From Burkholderiales bacterium (GTDB lineage Bacteria; Pseudomonadota; Gammaproteobacteria; Burkholderiales; Casimicrobiaceae), in contig JAXMFN010000003.1 in assembly GCA_046347725.1 (NCBI GenBank), forward strand, positions 239,674 to 303,673: DNA of 64,000 bases. Direction: 5' to 3'. The notes under the pieces were generated by a model, which saw nothing but the letters and a program-made list of their open reading frames with translations, searched no databases and was not told the DNA's origin. The position numbers and the translations under genes were made by a program. Positions 20,098-29,896 of the stretch are shown here, piece by piece. Numbering within the stretch: the first letter of the stretch is position 1; each line of letters opens with the position of its first letter.

Positions 20098-20694
20098 ATG
20101 TTCACGCTGCCCCCGCTGCCCTACGCCGACAACGCGCTCGATCCGGTCGTGTCGGCCAACACGATCTCGTTCCACTACGGCAAGCACCACAAGACCTACG
20201 TCGACAACCTGAACAACCTGGTCAAGGGCACGCCGTTCGAGGGCCAGTCGCTCGAGGCGATCGTCAACGCGACCGCGGGCAAGGCCGACCAGGCGGCGTT
20301 GTTCAACAACGCCGCCCAGATCTGGAACCACACGTTCTACTGGCACAGCCTGAAGCCGCACGGCGGCGGCAGGCCGACCGGCAAGATCGCCCAAATGATC
20401 GACGCGGCGTTCGGCAACTTCGACGAATTCCGCAAGCAGCTGTCGGCCACCACGGTGTCCCAGTTCGGTTCCGGGTGGGGCTGGCTGGTCGTCGACCACG
20501 GTGCGCTCAAGATCGTCAAGACGGCGAACGCCGAGGTGCCGTTCACCAAGGGCCAGAAGCCGCTGCTCACGATCGACGTTTGGGAGCACGCGTACTACCT
20601 CGACCACCAGAACAAGCGCGCCGCGTACGTCGACGCGGTCATCGACAAGCTCCTCAACTGGGAATTCGCGGCGGCGAACCTGGCCAAGGCCTGA
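20098..20694 (+). CDS. sodB: Fe superoxide dismutase
   Basis: [21 protein letters not shown] (Fe-type signature), [13 protein letters not shown]. Confidence 0.93.
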   Translation: MFTLPPLPYADNALDPVVSANTISFHYGKHHKTYVDNLNNLVKGTPFEGQSLEAIVNATAGKADQAALFNNAAQIWNHTFYWHSLKPHGGGRPTGKIAQMIDAAFGNFDEFRKQLSATTVSQFGSGWGWLVVDHGALKIVKTANAEVPFTKGQKPLLTIDVWEHAYYLDHQNKRAAYVDAVIDKLLNWEFAAANLAKA

Positions 20695-20719
20695 CCGCCG
20701 GCCGGCCGGGCCGGGACGG

Positions 20720-20752
20720 ATCGACGGCCGGTCGCCCGCAGGGGGACCGGCC
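20720..20752 (+). terminator. Probable terminator hairpin after sodB
   Basis: ACGGCCGGTC...GACCGGCCGT stem with only a weak U-tract. Confidence 0.45.
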
Positions 20753-20872
20753 GTTCGCTTGTCGGCGGACGCCTAGAGCGGCGCCGTCTGGTTGTCCCGA
20801 CCGACATGACGGGAACATAATGGGCCGCGCGCCGGTCGCGGCCGTGCGCAGATTCGTTCGCCGGCCCTCTCG

Positions 20873-22111
20873 ATGGCCCTCTTCTCCAAGCCACCCGCCA
20901 AGAAACCCCTGCCGCCGCCCCCGGAGGCGCGTCCGGTCCCGCCCGCGCCCCGGCGGCCGTCGGCGCGCGAGGTCGCCGCGCAGGCGCAGGCGCGGGCGAA
21001 GGGGGGCAACCCGTCCGAGCCCGCTCCCCACGACATCACGGTGACCGGCGCGAGCCTGCTCGAGCTGTCGCCGGGGCAGGCCGGCTTCGAGGTCGCGCAG
21101 GCCAACCCGGGGCTGTGCGCGGTCCTCGAGAACGCCGCGTTGCTCTACGCCAGCGGCCAGGCCGGCCCGGCGCGGGCATCGCTCGAACAGGGGGTGCAGT
21201 CCGACCCGGACGCGAAGGTGTCGCCGCTCGCCTGGCTCGGGCTTTTCGACCTGCTGCAGCGCGCCGGCGACCGCGCGGCGCACGAGCAGCTCGCGTTGCA
21301 GTTCGTCGTCCAGTTCGAGCGATCCGCCCCGACCTGGGAGGACCATGGCAAGCCGGCCGCGGCCAAGACCGCCGCCGGCTACGTGGCGTTCTCGGGAAAG
21401 CTGTCGGCCTCGAGCGCGACCCAGATCGAGGTGCTCAAGCGGGCGATCGACAAGGGTGCGACCAACTCGCGCGTCGACCTCGCGCAGGTGACCGGCTACG
21501 ACGAGGACGGCGCGAAGCTGCTCGCGAACGCGCTGGCCGACGCGCGCCGCCGGCGCTGCCCGTTGCAGATTCAGCGGCCGGAGCGGTTGCGGGCGGCGCT
21601 CGCCGCGGCGGTCAAGCGCGGCCGCGAAGGCGGCGAGGGCGGCTGGGTCCTCGCCCTCGAGTTGCTCCAGTGGTTCCAGGACCGTTCGGCGTTCGAAGAC
21701 CTGGCGGTCGACTACGCGGTCGCCTTCGAGTTGTCGCCACCGTCCTGGGAGCCGCCCCCGTCGGCCGAGCCCGCGCCGGCGGCGGCGGCGCTCGCCTCGC
21801 CCGAGGGTGAACCGGTCGTCGCGACCGGCGCCGAGGGCGAAGCGCTGACCTGGTCGGGCGTGATGGCCGGCAGTGCGATTCCGCAGTTCGCGCAGCTCGC
21901 CGAGTACGCTCAGCGCCGGTCGATCCTGCCGGTCGACTTGACCGCGGTCGAGCGGATCGACTTCGTCTGCGCCGGCGCGCTCCTGAACGCGATCAACCGG
22001 ATCGAGGCGCAGCGCAAATCGGTGCAGCTCCTCGGCGTGTCGCCGATCGTCCGCGCGCTCCTGCTGCTCATCGGAATCTCGCCCCGGCACTTCGTCAAGA
22101 AGGCACCCTAG
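20873..22111 (+). CDS. STAS-domain-containing protein with an internally duplicated module
   Basis: C-terminal [18 protein letters not shown]...[16 protein letters not shown] domain; two F-E-x-S-x-P-x-W modules. Confidence 0.75.
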   Translation: MALFSKPPAKKPLPPPPEARPVPPAPRRPSAREVAAQAQARAKGGNPSEPAPHDITVTGASLLELSPGQAGFEVAQANPGLCAVLENAALLYASGQAGPARASLEQGVQSDPDAKVSPLAWLGLFDLLQRAGDRAAHEQLALQFVVQFERSAPTWEDHGKPAAAKTAAGYVAFSGKLSASSATQIEVLKRAIDKGATNSRVDLAQVTGYDEDGAKLLANALADARRRRCPLQIQRPERLRAALAAAVKRGREGGEGGWVLALELLQWFQDRSAFEDLAVDYAVAFELSPPSWEPPPSAEPAPAAAALASPEGEPVVATGAEGEALTWSGVMAGSAIPQFAQLAEYAQRRSILPVDLTAVERIDFVCAGALLNAINRIEAQRKSVQLLGVSPIVRALLLLIGISPRHFVKKAP

Positions 22112-22188
22112 CGAAGCCTGCGCAGCCGGGCGCGGACGCGACACGAAGGCCGGGGCGCGTTCCGGAACGCCGGACTGCCCGATCAACC

Positions 22189-22722
22189 ATGGACACCTTC
22201 CACGGCACCACGATCCTGTCGGTCCGGCGCGACGGCGCCGTCGCGCTGGGCGGCGACGGTCAGGTCACGCTGGGATCGGTCGTCGTCAAATCGACGGCTC
22301 GCAAGGTGCGCCGGCTCTACCACGATCGGGTGCTGGCCGGATTCGCGGGCGCGACCGCGGATGCCTTCACGTTGTTCGAGCGGTTCGAGGCCAAGCTCGA
22401 GAAGCACCAGGGCCACCTCACCCGCGCCGCGGTCGAACTCGCCAAGGACTGGCGGTCCGACCGAGTCCTGCGCCGTCTCGAGGCGATGCTCGCGATCGCC
22501 GACAAGACCGCCTCGCTCGTCATCACCGGCACCGGCGACGTGCTCGAGCCGGAGTTCGGTATCGTCGCGATCGGTTCCGGCGGCCCCTACGCCCAGGCCG
22601 CGGCACGGGCCTTGCTGGAGCACAGCTCGCTGCCGGCCGCCGAGATCGTCAAGCAGGCGCTGACGATCGCCGGCGAGCTGTGCATCTACACGAACCAGAA
22701 TCACGTGATCGAGACGCTGTGA
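22189..22722 (+). CDS. hslV: ATP-dependent protease peptidase subunit HslV
   Basis: GTTILSVRR (catalytic Thr), [22 protein letters not shown]. Confidence 0.98.
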   Translation: MDTFHGTTILSVRRDGAVALGGDGQVTLGSVVVKSTARKVRRLYHDRVLAGFAGATADAFTLFERFEAKLEKHQGHLTRAAVELAKDWRSDRVLRRLEAMLAIADKTASLVITGTGDVLEPEFGIVAIGSGGPYAQAAARALLEHSSLPAAEIVKQALTIAGELCIYTNQNHVIETL

Positions 22723-23927
22723 CCGCCGCCACGCCCCCCGCCGGCCTTCCGGCTCGGCCGGAGACAATCGAGGCCGACGTGCTGGTCGCCGGTGCCGGAC
22801 TGCCGGGACTCGCGCTCGCCGCCGCCTTGGGCGGCAGCGGCCTTTCGGTCGTCGTCGCCGATCGGAACGCGGTCGAGGTCGTCGACGAACCCGCCTGGGA
22901 CACGCGGATCTACGCGATCAGTCCGGGCAACGCCGAGTTCCTCGGCGCGCTGGGCGCCTGGCAGGCGCTCCCGGCCGGGCGGATCGCCCCGGTCGAGACG
23001 ATGCGTGTCGAGGGTGACCGCGGCGCGGTGCTCGGCTTCGACGCCTACGACCTGGGCGAGCCGGCGCTCGCCTGGATCGTCGAGGAGCGGGCCCTCAAGA
23101 ACGCGCTGGTGCCGCGGGTCGAAGCGGCTGGCGTGCGCATCGTCGCGCCGGCGGTGTTCGCCACGCTCGTCTGGACGGCTGAGGCGGGGACGCTCGAGCT
23201 CGCCGACGGCCGCGCGGTGCGGGCACGGCTGGTCGTCGGCGCCGACGGCGTGCGCTCGTGGGTCCGCCGGGCGGCGGGGCTGGTCGCCGAACCGCGCCCC
23301 TACGGCCAGACCGCGGTGGTCGCCAATTTCGAGTGCGAACGTCCGCACGGGGGCTGCGCGCGTCAGTGGTTCCTTCCGGACGGAGGCATCCTCGCGTGGC
23401 TGCCGATGCCGGGCGATGCGATCTCGATCGTCTGGTCGGCGCCCGAAGCGCTCGCCACCACGCTGATGGGACTGTCCCCCGAGGCGCTCGCCGGACGGGT
23501 CGCCGCGCAAGGCGGTCACGCGCTGGGCGCATTGCGTTGCCTGACGCCGGGCGCGGCCTTCCCGCTCGCCTTCCTCCGGCTGCCGGCCGCCTGCGCGCAT
23601 CGCCTCGCGCTGGTCGGCGACGCGGCCCATGGCGTCCATCCGCTCGCCGGGCAGGGCGTGAACCTGGGCTTCGGCGACGCGCGCGAGCTCGCCGGCGTGC
23701 TCGCCGGGCGGGGCCCGATCGCCGACCCCGGGGCGCCGCTGCTCCTCGAACGCTACGGGCGGCGCCGCGCCGAACCGGTGCTCGCGATGCAGGCGGCGAC
23801 CGACGGTCTGGCGAAGCTCTTCGGCTCGCGCGTGCCGGGCGCCGCCCGCCTGCGCAACCTCGGGCTCGCCGCGGTGTCCAAGCTCGTCCCGATCAAACTC
23901 GCGCTGGCCCGGCCGGCGCTGCACTGA
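22719..23927 (+). CDS. UbiH/UbiF/VisC family FAD-dependent hydroxylase
   Basis: [38 protein letters not shown]; GTGA overlap with hslV. Confidence 0.9.
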   Translation: MTAATPPAGLPARPETIEADVLVAGAGLPGLALAAALGGSGLSVVVADRNAVEVVDEPAWDTRIYAISPGNAEFLGALGAWQALPAGRIAPVETMRVEGDRGAVLGFDAYDLGEPALAWIVEERALKNALVPRVEAAGVRIVAPAVFATLVWTAEAGTLELADGRAVRARLVVGADGVRSWVRRAAGLVAEPRPYGQTAVVANFECERPHGGCARQWFLPDGGILAWLPMPGDAISIVWSAPEALATTLMGLSPEALAGRVAAQGGHALGALRCLTPGAAFPLAFLRLPAACAHRLALVGDAAHGVHPLAGQGVNLGFGDARELAGVLAGRGPIADPGAPLLLERYGRRRAEPVLAMQAATDGLAKLFGSRVPGAARLRNLGLAAVSKLVPIKLALARPALH

Positions 23928-23944
23928 CCCACCGGAGACCCCCG

Positions 23945-24796
23945 ATGACCCGCACGAACCGATTTCTCGTCCCGGCGCTGCCGTTGCTCGCCGCCGCTCT
24001 CCTGGCCAGCGCGCCCGCCGGGGGGCAGGCCCCGGCGCCGGCGGCGGCAGGCACGCCGGCCGCCGCTCCGGGCGGCGCGCCGGCGGCGAGTCCGGCGCCG
24101 GGTGCGGCCGGACAGGAGGCCGCGGTCAAGAAACTGCTCGAACAGAAGTTCCCCGGGTCGGAGATCCGCTCGGTGTCGCGGACCAACTACCTGGGCGGGC
24201 TCTACGAGGTCCACTTCGACGACCGGCTGATCTACACGGACGCGAAGGCGACCCACGTGCTCGTCGGCGCGCTGTTCGACACCGCGACCAAGGCGAACCT
24301 GAGCGAGGAGCGGCTGCGCAAGCTCAATCGCGTCGACGTGTCGAATCTGCCGCTCGAGCTGGCGATCAAGAAGGTCAAGGGCAAGGGTGAGCGCCGGCTG
24401 GTCGTCTTCTCCGATGCCGACTGCCCGTTCTGCAAGCGTCTCGAGGAGGAGATGAAGGGACTCGACAACGTGACGGTCTACACGTTCCTGTTCCCGATCG
24501 ACCAGCTCCATCCGGAAGCCGCGCGCAAGTCGCGCCAGATCTGGTGCTCGGCCGACCGAACCAAGGCCTGGGACGATTTCTTCGCTTCCGGCGCGCTGCC
24601 GGACAACAAGGGGGACTGCCAGAACCCGGTCGCGGCGACCCAGGCGCTCGGCATGAAGCTCAAGATCAACGCGACGCCGACGATGATCCTCGCCGACGGG
24701 TCGGTGCTGCCCGGCGCGCTGCCGCTCGCCAGGCTCGAGGCGGCGATGAAAGAGGCCGAGTCCGAAGCGAAGAAGCCGGCCGCGGCGAAGAAGTAG
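23945..24796 (+). CDS. dsbC: Thiol:disulfide interchange protein DsbC
   Basis: Signal peptide, Ala/Pro linker, VFSDADCPFCKRL, INATPT. Confidence 0.9.
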   Translation: MTRTNRFLVPALPLLAAALLASAPAGGQAPAPAAAGTPAAAPGGAPAASPAPGAAGQEAAVKKLLEQKFPGSEIRSVSRTNYLGGLYEVHFDDRLIYTDAKATHVLVGALFDTATKANLSEERLRKLNRVDVSNLPLELAIKKVKGKGERRLVVFSDADCPFCKRLEEEMKGLDNVTVYTFLFPIDQLHPEAARKSRQIWCSADRTKAWDDFFASGALPDNKGDCQNPVAATQALGMKLKINATPTMILADGSVLPGALPLARLEAAMKEAESEAKKPAAAKK

Positions 24797-24844
24797 CGCA
24801 CCCGATTCCGGAACGACGACGACCCTCCCGAGGACCCGACAACG

Positions 24845-25912
24845 ATGGCGATCATCGACTTCCTCAAGAAGCAGTTCATCGACATCATCGAGTGGACCGA
24901 CGACTCGCGCGATACGCTGTCGTGGCGGTTCCCCGACGACGACAAGGAGATCAAGAACGGCGCCCAGCTGATCGTGCGCGAGTCGCAGGTCGTGCAGTTC
25001 GTCTACCTGGGCGAATTCGGCGACCGCTTCGGTCCGGGCAAGCACACGCTGACCACCGACAACATCCCGATCCTCACCAACCTCAAGAGCTGGAAATACG
25101 CGTTCGAGAGCCCGTTCAAGGCGGACGTCTACTACGTCGTCACACGCGTCTTCACCGGCAACAAGTGGGGCACGGCCAACCCGGTGATGATGCGCGACGC
25201 CGACTTCGGCGTCGTGAGGCTGCGCGCCTACGGCACCTACGATTTCCGGATCGTCGATCCGCCGCGCTTCCTCAAGGAGGTCGCCGGCACCGACCACCAC
25301 TTCCGGCTCGACGAATTCGCCGACGCGATGCGCTCGCGGCTCGTCAGCGTCTTCTCCGACGCGCTCGCCGGCTCGAAGATCCCGGCGCTCGACGTCGCTT
25401 CGCGCTACGGCGAACTGGGCGAGGCGCTGCTGCCGCTGATCAACCCGGTGCTGGCCGAGAAGTACGGCCTGCAGATGACCTCGTTCATCGTCGAGAACGT
25501 CTCGGTGCCGCCGGAGGTCGAGCAGGCGATCGACAAGCGCTCGAGCATGGCGGCGGTCGGCAATCTCAACGACTACGTCAAGTTCCAGATGGCGCAGGGC
25601 ATGGAGAAGGGCGGCGGCGGCGCCGGCGGCATGGCCGCCGAGATGGCGATGGGCATGGCGATGGCGCAGCAGATGATGGGCCAGACCGGCGGCATCCTCG
25701 CGCAATCGACGCCGGGCGTCGCCGCGCCGAAGCCCGCGGGGGCGCCGGCCGGCGCGCCGGAGCTCTACACGCCGTCGCAGGTCGCCCAGCAGCTGGGCGT
25801 CGCCGAATCCGACGTGATCGCGAGCCTCGAGGCCGGAGATCTCAAGGGCAAGAGGATCGGCACGCAGTGGCGGATCACGCGCGCGGCTGTCGACGCCTTC
25901 CTGCACTCATGA
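24845..25912 (+). CDS. SPFH (YdjI-like) domain protein with a C-terminal helix-turn-helix
   Basis: IKNGAQLIVRESQ..F, FGPG.HTL.T.NIPILT.L..WKY.FESPFKA; tail YTPSQVAQQLGV...GKRIGTQWRITR resembles HTH_17. Confidence 0.8.
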   Translation: MAIIDFLKKQFIDIIEWTDDSRDTLSWRFPDDDKEIKNGAQLIVRESQVVQFVYLGEFGDRFGPGKHTLTTDNIPILTNLKSWKYAFESPFKADVYYVVTRVFTGNKWGTANPVMMRDADFGVVRLRAYGTYDFRIVDPPRFLKEVAGTDHHFRLDEFADAMRSRLVSVFSDALAGSKIPALDVASRYGELGEALLPLINPVLAEKYGLQMTSFIVENVSVPPEVEQAIDKRSSMAAVGNLNDYVKFQMAQGMEKGGGGAGGMAAEMAMGMAMAQQMMGQTGGILAQSTPGVAAPKPAGAPAGAPELYTPSQVAQQLGVAESDVIASLEAGDLKGKRIGTQWRITRAAVDAFLHS

Positions 25913-26343
25913 CGGCCGTCGTCACGCGGCGCGCGGCGCTCGCCGCGGCGCTCGCGTTCGCGCTGTCGTCGGTCGCCGGCGGCGCGGGCGCGCAGGACCC
26001 CGCCGCGACCGAGGCGGCGAGGGCGGCGCGCGACTGGCTCGCGCTCGCCGATGCGCTCGACGCCGAGACGTCGCTGCGCGAGGCCGGGGCGAAGTACCGC
26101 GCGGCGCTGACCCCCGAGCGCTGGCGCGAGGCGCTCGCGATCGTGCGCGAGCCGCTCGGAGCGGTCGTCCAGCGCACGCTCGCCGGCTCGCAGGCGGTGT
26201 CGCGCCTGCAGGGATTGCCCGACGGCGACTACGCGCAGGTGATGTACCGCACGTCCTGGACGAACAAGTCGATCGGTCGCGAGTACGTGACGCTGGAGCG
26301 CGAGTCCGGCCGCTGGCGCGTGATCGGCTACGTCGTGCAATGA
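25909..26343 (+). CDS. DUF4019-like exported protein
   Basis: Signal peptide; AARDWLAL.D, LQGLPDGDYAQV.YRTS, WRVIGY; ATGA overlaps on both sides. Confidence 0.7.
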   Translation: MTAVVTRRAALAAALAFALSSVAGGAGAQDPAATEAARAARDWLALADALDAETSLREAGAKYRAALTPERWREALAIVREPLGAVVQRTLAGSQAVSRLQGLPDGDYAQVMYRTSWTNKSIGREYVTLERESGRWRVIGYVVQ

Positions 26344-27455
26344 CCGGCGAGTCGCCGCGCGAGTCGTCCGAAGAGGCGGTCGCGCTCGCCAAGCGCGCCT
26401 GTCCGGCCTGCGGTGCCGAGGCGAACTGGCACCCGGGGAAGCGCAAGCTCGTCTGTCCGTTCTGCGGCACCGAATCGGACGCTCCGGCGCCGGCGGCGCA
26501 GCCGGTCGCCGAGCACGATCTGGCGGGCGCGCTCGCCCGCGTCGATCCGGCGCGGTCCGGTTACGCGGCAGCGAAGCGGCAGGTCCGCTGCCAGAGCTGC
26601 CGCGCGATCTCGGTGCTCGACGCCGCGCGCCAGGGACAGAACTGCGAGTTCTGCGGCTCGGCGCAGCTCGTGCCCTACGACGAGGAATCGCCGGTCCACC
26701 GGCCGGAGAGCCTGCTGCCGTTCACCGTCGCCGAGACCGCGGCGCGCGACGCGTTGCGCGCCTGGTTCGGGCGGTTGTGGCTGGCGCCGGGCGAGCTCAA
26801 GCGCAAGGCGCTGACCGACACCGTCCGCGGCGTCTACCTGCCCTACTGGACCTTCGACGCGAAGGTCGAGGCCGACTGGCGGGCGATGGCCGGGCACTAC
26901 TACTACACGACCGAGAACTACTGGGACAACGGCCGGCCCAGGACTCGCCAGGTCCGCAACGTCCGCTGGGAGCCGGCGGCCGGACACGTGTCGCACTTCT
27001 TCGACGACGACCTGGTCTGCGCGTCGGTCGGCGTCCACGCGGGCCTGCTGCGCTCGATCGAGCCGTTCCCGACCGGCGAGCTCAAGTCCTACGATTCCGG
27101 TTACGTCGCCGGCTGGGTCGTCGAGCGCTACCAGATCGATCTTCCGCAGGCCGCGGCGCACGCGCGCGAGGTCATGCGCGCCAAACTCGAACAGCTGTGC
27201 GCGCGCGAGATCCCCGGCGACACCTATCGCGACCTGGTCGTCCACGCCGACTGGTCGGGCCAGACCTACAAGCACATCCTCGCGCCGGTGTGGCTCTTGT
27301 CCTACGACTACGGTCGGCGCAGCTACCAGTGCGCGATCAACGGCGTCACCGGCGCGGTCGCCGGCGAGTATCCGAAGAGCGGCTGGAAGATCGCGCTGAT
27401 CGTGTTCGCGGTGCTCGTGCTGCTGATCGTCTTCGGTTCGCTCTCCGGCCGCTGA
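26340..27455 (+). CDS. Double zinc-ribbon membrane protein (YdjG-like)
   Basis: CPAC, CPFC, CQSC, CEFC; YLPYWTFD, HILAPVW, INGVTG.V.G.YP; C-terminal TM helix. Confidence 0.78.
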   Translation: MTGESPRESSEEAVALAKRACPACGAEANWHPGKRKLVCPFCGTESDAPAPAAQPVAEHDLAGALARVDPARSGYAAAKRQVRCQSCRAISVLDAARQGQNCEFCGSAQLVPYDEESPVHRPESLLPFTVAETAARDALRAWFGRLWLAPGELKRKALTDTVRGVYLPYWTFDAKVEADWRAMAGHYYYTTENYWDNGRPRTRQVRNVRWEPAAGHVSHFFDDDLVCASVGVHAGLLRSIEPFPTGELKSYDSGYVAGWVVERYQIDLPQAAAHAREVMRAKLEQLCAREIPGDTYRDLVVHADWSGQTYKHILAPVWLLSYDYGRRSYQCAINGVTGAVAGEYPKSGWKIALIVFAVLVLLIVFGSLSGR

Positions 27456-27465
27456 GGGCGACCTC

Positions 27466-28224
27466 GTGACACCGTGGCCGGAGCGCGGATTCGTCGTGAC
27501 CGGCGTGTCGCGCGGGCTGGGGCGCGCGCTCGCCGGCGCGCTCGTCGACCGGGGCTCGTTCGTCCTGGGCATCGGACGGTCGTCGGCGCCGGCGCTCTCC
27601 GGGGACCGGTACGGGTTCGTCGCCTGCGATCTCGCCGATACCGCCGCGATCGACGAGGCGCTCGCCCCGGCGCTCCGCGCGTTCGCGCGCCGTGGATTGG
27701 CTTCGGCGTGCCTGATCAACAACGCGGCTGTCGTCGGGCCGCTGGGCGTCGCGTCGGCGCTGCGCGCGCCCGACATCGCGCGCGCGCTCGCGGTGAATCT
27801 CGCCGCCCCCGCCGCGCTCGCGTCCGCTTTCCTGCGGGCCTTCGCCGATCCGTCGCTCGAGCGGTGGGTCGTCAACGTGTCGTCGGGCGCCGCGCGTACG
27901 CCTCTGGCGGGTGCCGGCGTCTATTGCGCGGCGAAGGCGGGCCTCGAGATGCTGACGCGTACGCTGGCCCTCGAGGTCCGGGACCCGCGCTTCCGCGCCG
28001 TGTCGATCAGGCCCGGCGTCATCGACACCGACATGCAGGTCGCGCTGCGCGCGCAAGACCCCGATACGTTGCCGTCGGTCGCGATGTTCCGCGATTTCCG
28101 CGCGAGCGGACGCCTCGCGACGCCGGAGGTCGCCGCCGAGCGGATCGTCGAGCGCGTCCTCGCCGCCGACGTCGTCCACGGCGCGACGTACGCGTCGCCC
28201 GATTTCGACCGGCCGGTCGAATAG
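27466..28224 (+). CDS. SDR oxidoreductase (benzil/sepiapterin reductase-like)
   Basis: TGVSRGLG, INNAA, NVSSGAA, YCAAKAGL, PGVIDTDMQ. Confidence 0.88.
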   Translation: MTPWPERGFVVTGVSRGLGRALAGALVDRGSFVLGIGRSSAPALSGDRYGFVACDLADTAAIDEALAPALRAFARRGLASACLINNAAVVGPLGVASALRAPDIARALAVNLAAPAALASAFLRAFADPSLERWVVNVSSGAARTPLAGAGVYCAAKAGLEMLTRTLALEVRDPRFRAVSIRPGVIDTDMQVALRAQDPDTLPSVAMFRDFRASGRLATPEVAAERIVERVLAADVVHGATYASPDFDRPVE

Positions 28225-28251
28225 CGCGCCGGCCCGGACGCGGCGCCGGAA

Positions 28252-28899
28252 TCAGGCGCCGCGGATCGCCCGCCCGAGTTCGGCCGGCGAGCGGACGAGC
28301 CGATCGGCGTCCGCGAGCTCCGCCGGCCCGCCGTAGCCCCACAGGACCCCGATCGCGCCCAGACCGTGCTCGCGCGCGGCCCGCACGTCGTGGTGGCGGT
28401 CGCCGACCATCGTCGCGTCGGCGCCGGCGATCCGTTCGGTCGCGAGCAGGTGTCCCAGCAGCTTGCGCTTGTCGTCGAACGCCCCGCCGAGGTCGGCGCC
28501 GTAGACGCCGGCGAAGTGGGCGTCGAAACCGAAATGGGTGACGATCCGCCGGGCGAAAACCTCGGGTTTGGACGTGCAGACGTAGAGCGTGCGGTCGCGC
28601 GCCAGCGAGGCCAGGAGCTCGGCGACGCCGCCGTAGGCGACGTTCTCGCGCCAGCCCAGGTCTCGGTAGCGCTCGCGGTAATGACCGACGGCGGTCTCGA
28701 CGCGCGCGGCGTCGGCGCCGGGAATCAACCGCGCGAACGACTCGCGCAGCGGCGGACCGACGCAGGCGCGCAACGCGGTCTCGCCCGGATCGGGCGCGCC
28801 CATCCGCGCGAGGGCGTGGCGGATCGACGCGGCGATGCCGGCGTAGTTGTCCGAGATCGTGCCGTCGAGATCGAAGACGACGACCGCACCCGTCGTCAT
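28252..28899 (-). CDS. HAD-IA hydrolase (phosphoglycolate phosphatase-like)
   Basis: VFDLDGTI, VGPPL, CTSKP, MVGDRHHD. Confidence 0.88.
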   Translation of the reverse strand: MTTGAVVVFDLDGTISDNYAGIAASIRHALARMGAPDPGETALRACVGPPLRESFARLIPGADAARVETAVGHYRERYRDLGWRENVAYGGVAELLASLARDRTLYVCTSKPEVFARRIVTHFGFDAHFAGVYGADLGGAFDDKRKLLGHLLATERIAGADATMVGDRHHDVRAAREHGLGAIGVLWGYGGPAELADADRLVRSPAELGRAIRGA

Positions 28900-29273
28900 C
28901 GCGCCGCCCCGATCGGCCTGACGCGATAGTCGACGACGACGCCCCGGGCGCCGGCTTCCCACATCGCGCAGTAGTCGTGGGCGATCAGCGCGACGAAGAT
29001 CCCCGAGTCGCCCGTGCTCGCGTCGCGCGTGACCGGCATGACGACGCTGGGACCGTCGTGGTAGTGGATGTTGAACTGCACCGGGCCGTCGCTTTCGAAC
29101 CGCCAGTCGATCCGTTCGCCCGCGGCGAGCGTGAGGCAGGCCTCGTGGATCGCGTAGGGCGCGATCGCGGCCCGGACGGCGGAGTCGGCGGAACCCGGCT
29201 CCGGCGACCCGACCGCGCAGCCGGCGCCGGCGGCGACGGCCGCGAACGCCAGCGCCGTCGCGCGCGGCGTCAT
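28896..29273 (-). CDS. Small hypothetical lipoprotein
   Basis: Lipobox-like AGAGC; HEAC, FNIHYH and YCAMWE motifs; 4-nt overlaps with both neighbours. Confidence 0.7.
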   Translation of the reverse strand: MTPRATALAFAAVAAGAGCAVGSPEPGSADSAVRAAIAPYAIHEACLTLAAGERIDWRFESDGPVQFNIHYHDGPSVVMPVTRDASTGDSGIFVALIAHDYCAMWEAGARGVVVDYRVRPIGAAR

Positions 29274-29863
29274 CGCCGTGTCACGCGCCGGCGCTTCGCC
29301 CGCCAGTCCTCGGCGAGCATCGCGTAGCGGACATGGTCGCGCCAGCGCCCGGCGATCTTGATGTAGCGGCGCGAATAGCCTTCGCGGGTGTAGCCGATGC
29401 GCTCGACCAGCGCGATCGAACGGGCGTTGTCCGGCTGCACGTTGGCTTCGACGCGGTGCAGTTTCATCGGACCGAACGCGTGGTCGAGCACCAGCGCCAT
29501 GGCCTCGGACATGTAGCCGTGGCCGGCGAGCGGCGCGAACGCGTAGTAGCCGAGAAAGGCGCTGCGGAAGGCGCCGCGGACGATGTTGCTGAAGTTGAAG
29601 ACGCCGACCGGCGCGCCGTCGACCGCGCGCAGCGCCACGAGCGCCGCATCGCTCGCCGCCGGGTCGCCGCTCGCGTACCGGGCGACGTAGGCGTGGAACT
29701 CGGTCGGCGACGACGGCGCCCGAACCCAGGCCCGGTGCAGCGCGCGGCTGGCGTGCGCCGCTGCGAGGAACGCGGTCTCGTCGGTCGGCGACGGCACGCG
29801 GACGACGACGCGCGGCGCCGCGCTCGCGCTCGCCGCGGACAGGCGTCGGGAACGGCTGGGCAT
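29270..29863 (-). CDS. GNAT family N-acetyltransferase (RimJ/RimL-like)
   Basis: AFRSAFLGYY, GYMSEA, LHRVEANVQP.N..SIAL, I.GRWRDH. Confidence 0.88.
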   Translation of the reverse strand: MPSRSRRLSAASASAAPRVVVRVPSPTDETAFLAAAHASRALHRAWVRAPSSPTEFHAYVARYASGDPAASDAALVALRAVDGAPVGVFNFSNIVRGAFRSAFLGYYAFAPLAGHGYMSEAMALVLDHAFGPMKLHRVEANVQPDNARSIALVERIGYTREGYSRRYIKIAGRWRDHVRYAMLAEDWRAKRRRVTRR

Positions 29864-29896
29864 AATGCCAATTTTACCGTCCCGGGGTGTCCGCCG

